A DNA stretch of 64,000 bases from an uncultured cyanobacterium (GTDB taxonomy: Bacteria; Cyanobacteriota; Cyanobacteriia; Phormidesmidales; Phormidesmidaceae), in NCBI GenBank assembly GCA_963793265.1, contig CAWBZI010000006.1, positions 992,001-1,056,000 of the forward strand. The letters run 5' to 3'. The notes beneath the pieces were generated by a model that worked only from the letters and a program-made list of their open reading frames with translations, did no database searches and had not been told where the DNA came from. Position numbers and translations under genes: made by a program. Below, piece by piece: positions 61,825 through 64,000 of this stretch. Each line of letters starts with the position of its first letter. Position 1 is the stretch's first letter.

Positions 61825-63294
61825 ATGAGAGACTTCAGTAGGAAGCTGGTTGCATTATCAACGCTAGGTTTGGTTTGGGGCTGTGCGGAGCCGCTGACTA
61901 GAGAACTATCAGCTCCCAATAAGTTAGATGCCAGCACTCAGAAAGCTGTAGAACCGCCACCTTTTGATGGCAATAGCTTAACGGTTCCACTAAGCCTACC
62001 GGCTGAGTTTACGGGTAAGGGGGGTCTGATTGCAGCGGATGTCACTGGCTCTGGTCAGATGGAAATTGTCATTACGCAGCCTAACTATATTGCGGCTTAT
62101 AGCCCAGTAGATGGGAAGCTATGGGAACAAACGGTCAACATTTGGCTAAGCGATAATGCTAACGGTGAAGGGTTACCAGGGCCTAACGGGCCAGGCATTC
62201 AGGCAGGCGATATCGATAATGACGGGGTTGTCGAAATTCTTTATATCACGCCAGAAAACAAACTCGAAGTTTTATCAGGCAAGTCAGGTGAGCTGAAGTA
62301 TCAGGTGGAATTGCCAAGGGTTGATTCAGCTTTTGGCCGCTGGGAACAGGCCGTGATTGCTAGTTTTTCGGGCGCAGGCGATCGCGATCTGTTACTTCAG
62401 GCGAGCCAAGCGACCGATAGAGAAGATTATTTTCGCGACAATATTCAGGCCGCATTTAAGATAGAAGATCTGTTATCGACAGGGGCAGCTACTGATGCTA
62501 TGTGGCGAAACAACAGCTTTGTTTCGCTCGCTCACGGCGCAGCTAAAGTGGCTGATATTAATGGTGACGGTAGAGATGAAGTGATAGGAGCAACCATTCT
62601 AGGCGCGGACGGGCGAGAGCGGCACCGAGTTGATATTGAAAATACGGCCTATCCTCATATTGATTCGATTGCGATAGGAGATATCGTGCCTGATAGAGCT
62701 GGGCTAGAAGTGGTGATTCCTGAAGAGAACCGCAACAAGCGCATTTTTTTGTTTGATGAGAAGGAGACAATCTGGGTATCGCTGCACCGTCAAACCTCGC
62801 CTGATGACGATGGCGATAAGGTGGCTATTGGAGATTTTGACCCTGAGAGTCCTGGGTTAGAAATGTGGTTTAGAGGAAATGACTCCGCGCACTTTACAGT
62901 GCTTGATGCTGAGGGCGAAGTGATTGCAGACTATGCTTTTAGCGATCGCAAACCTGAAAACTGGACAGAGAAGGGGTTTGAAATTATCCACCGGATTCGC
63001 TGGAGCGGCGAGGCAAAAGACTATATTGCGGCTAAAGAGCGCCACGAAGCAGGCGATATTGGCATATTTGATGCCATCACAGGCGATATTGTTGTCCAAC
63101 TGCCCGCCCGCGCACAGCGTTTGTATGTGGCAGATATTTTAGGAGACTGGCGCGAGGAGATTGTTGTTTTAGAAAACAATCAAATGAGAATATACGAAAA
63201 TACTCAGCCCAATCCGAATCCCGATCGTCCTCGCTTATGGGAACAGGCACACTACCGTCGTCAAAAAATGACTTGGGATTACTACAGTCCTTAG
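61825..63294 (+). CDS. FG-GAP/beta-propeller lipoprotein, distantly PL11 (rhamnogalacturonan lyase)-like
   Basis: Lipobox-like VWGC; DxxxDG repeats (DIDNDG, DINGDG); PGLEMW; ADILGDWREE. Confidence 0.7.
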   Translation: MRDFSRKLVALSTLGLVWGCAEPLTRELSAPNKLDASTQKAVEPPPFDGNSLTVPLSLPAEFTGKGGLIAADVTGSGQMEIVITQPNYIAAYSPVDGKLWEQTVNIWLSDNANGEGLPGPNGPGIQAGDIDNDGVVEILYITPENKLEVLSGKSGELKYQVELPRVDSAFGRWEQAVIASFSGAGDRDLLLQASQATDREDYFRDNIQAAFKIEDLLSTGAATDAMWRNNSFVSLAHGAAKVADINGDGRDEVIGATILGADGRERHRVDIENTAYPHIDSIAIGDIVPDRAGLEVVIPEENRNKRIFLFDEKETIWVSLHRQTSPDDDGDKVAIGDFDPESPGLEMWFRGNDSAHFTVLDAEGEVIADYAFSDRKPENWTEKGFEIIHRIRWSGEAKDYIAAKERHEAGDIGIFDAITGDIVVQLPARAQRLYVADILGDWREEIVVLENNQMRIYENTQPNPNPDRPRLWEQAHYRRQKMTWDYYSP

Positions 63295-63315
63295 TTTTGC
63301 AAGCCAGCCTGAAAG

Positions 63316-64000
63316 TTAGTCGAGAAATGAGCTATCGGTGCTTTTATCTTGTAAAACGCTGTAGATATCGATTTCTAATGAGATTTGGTAGATGTCGCGT
63401 TTAGACAGATCTGTGCGCTGAGCGAGCTGCCGACTTGCCTCGGAACGAGAGAGTCCTTGGGCTATTAAGTTTTGAAGTTCAGTGACGATTTCGGCTTCAG
63501 TTAAAGGCGTTTGCGTTTGGGGAGTAGGAGCGACCACAACTGTAAATTCCCCTTTAGGCACCACCTTCTCATAGTGCACCAGCGCTTCTGCTATCGTCCC
63601 ACGCCAAAACTCCTCATACCGCTTAGTCAGCTCCCTTGCTAGTGCTACCGGGCGATCGTCTCCCAAAACTTCGCCTAAATCAGTGAGCGTTTTGACAATT
63701 CGATGTGGGCTCTCGTAAAGAATAGCGGTACGAGGTTCTGCTTTAAGCGCCTCTATTTGAGCCTTGCGAGCTTTGCCTTTTACCGGCAAGAAGCCTTCAA
63801 AAACAAAGCGATCACTCGGTAATCCCGCTGCTGCGATCGCCGCAATCACCGCCGTTGGCCCAGGAATAGGAACCACCGTGACATTGGCCTCAATGCAGGC
63901 GCAGACCAGTTCGTAGCCAGGATCAGAAATGCCAGGCATTCCCGCATCGGTGACTAGCGCGATCGCTTCCCCTCGTATTAACCGCGCAATAAGCTGCGGG
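63316..64000 (-). CDS. rsmI: 16S rRNA (cytidine1402-2'-O)-methyltransferase, 5' end outside the window
   Basis: Frame open to the window edge: IALVTDAGMPGISDPG, FEGFLP, YESPHR, ARELTK. Confidence 0.95.
   Translation of the reverse strand, partial: PQLIARLIRGEAIALVTDAGMPGISDPGYELVCACIEANVTVVPIPGPTAVIAAIAAAGLPSDRFVFEGFLPVKGKARKAQIEALKAEPRTAILYESPHRIVKTLTDLGEVLGDDRPVALARELTKRYEEFWRGTIAEALVHYEKVVPKGEFTVVVAPTPQTQTPLTEAEIVTELQNLIAQGLSRSEASRQLAQRTDLSKRDIYQISLEIDIYSVLQDKSTDSSFLD

Overview
64-kb chromosomal segment of a cyanobacterium, shown by psaC, apcEABC, ndhM, ycf54, hli, cyAbrB and abundant HIP1 octamers (GCGATCGC). It is mostly core genes: hemC, glgA, tkt-fabF-acpP/psaC, ftsX, def, ndk, crtE, folD, cobH-cbiET, cpcM, the atp1-a-c-b'-b-delta-alpha-gamma operon, rsmI, and tRNA-Glu and tRNA-Asp. 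It also holds a cyanoexosortase B/EPS export locus, an ndhM-PP2C-CHAT/FHA signalling cluster, an Npun_R1517/Asr1734-like regulator and an orphan HerA-type ATPase. Less obvious observations: (1) G/C strand skew flips at many HIP1 sites regardless of gene strand, and some HIP1 sites sit at the centre of long palindromes; (2) an Rpn-family gene has a strong internal SD+GTG, predicting a nested small antitoxin; (3) a decapitated higB toxin lies before higA, and two further antitoxin-type genes have no partner; (4) a ~182-bp MITE-like element; (5) a 1-nt frameshift at the 3' end of cpcM. Product calls rest on motif recognition and recall of the families; no database searches were run.
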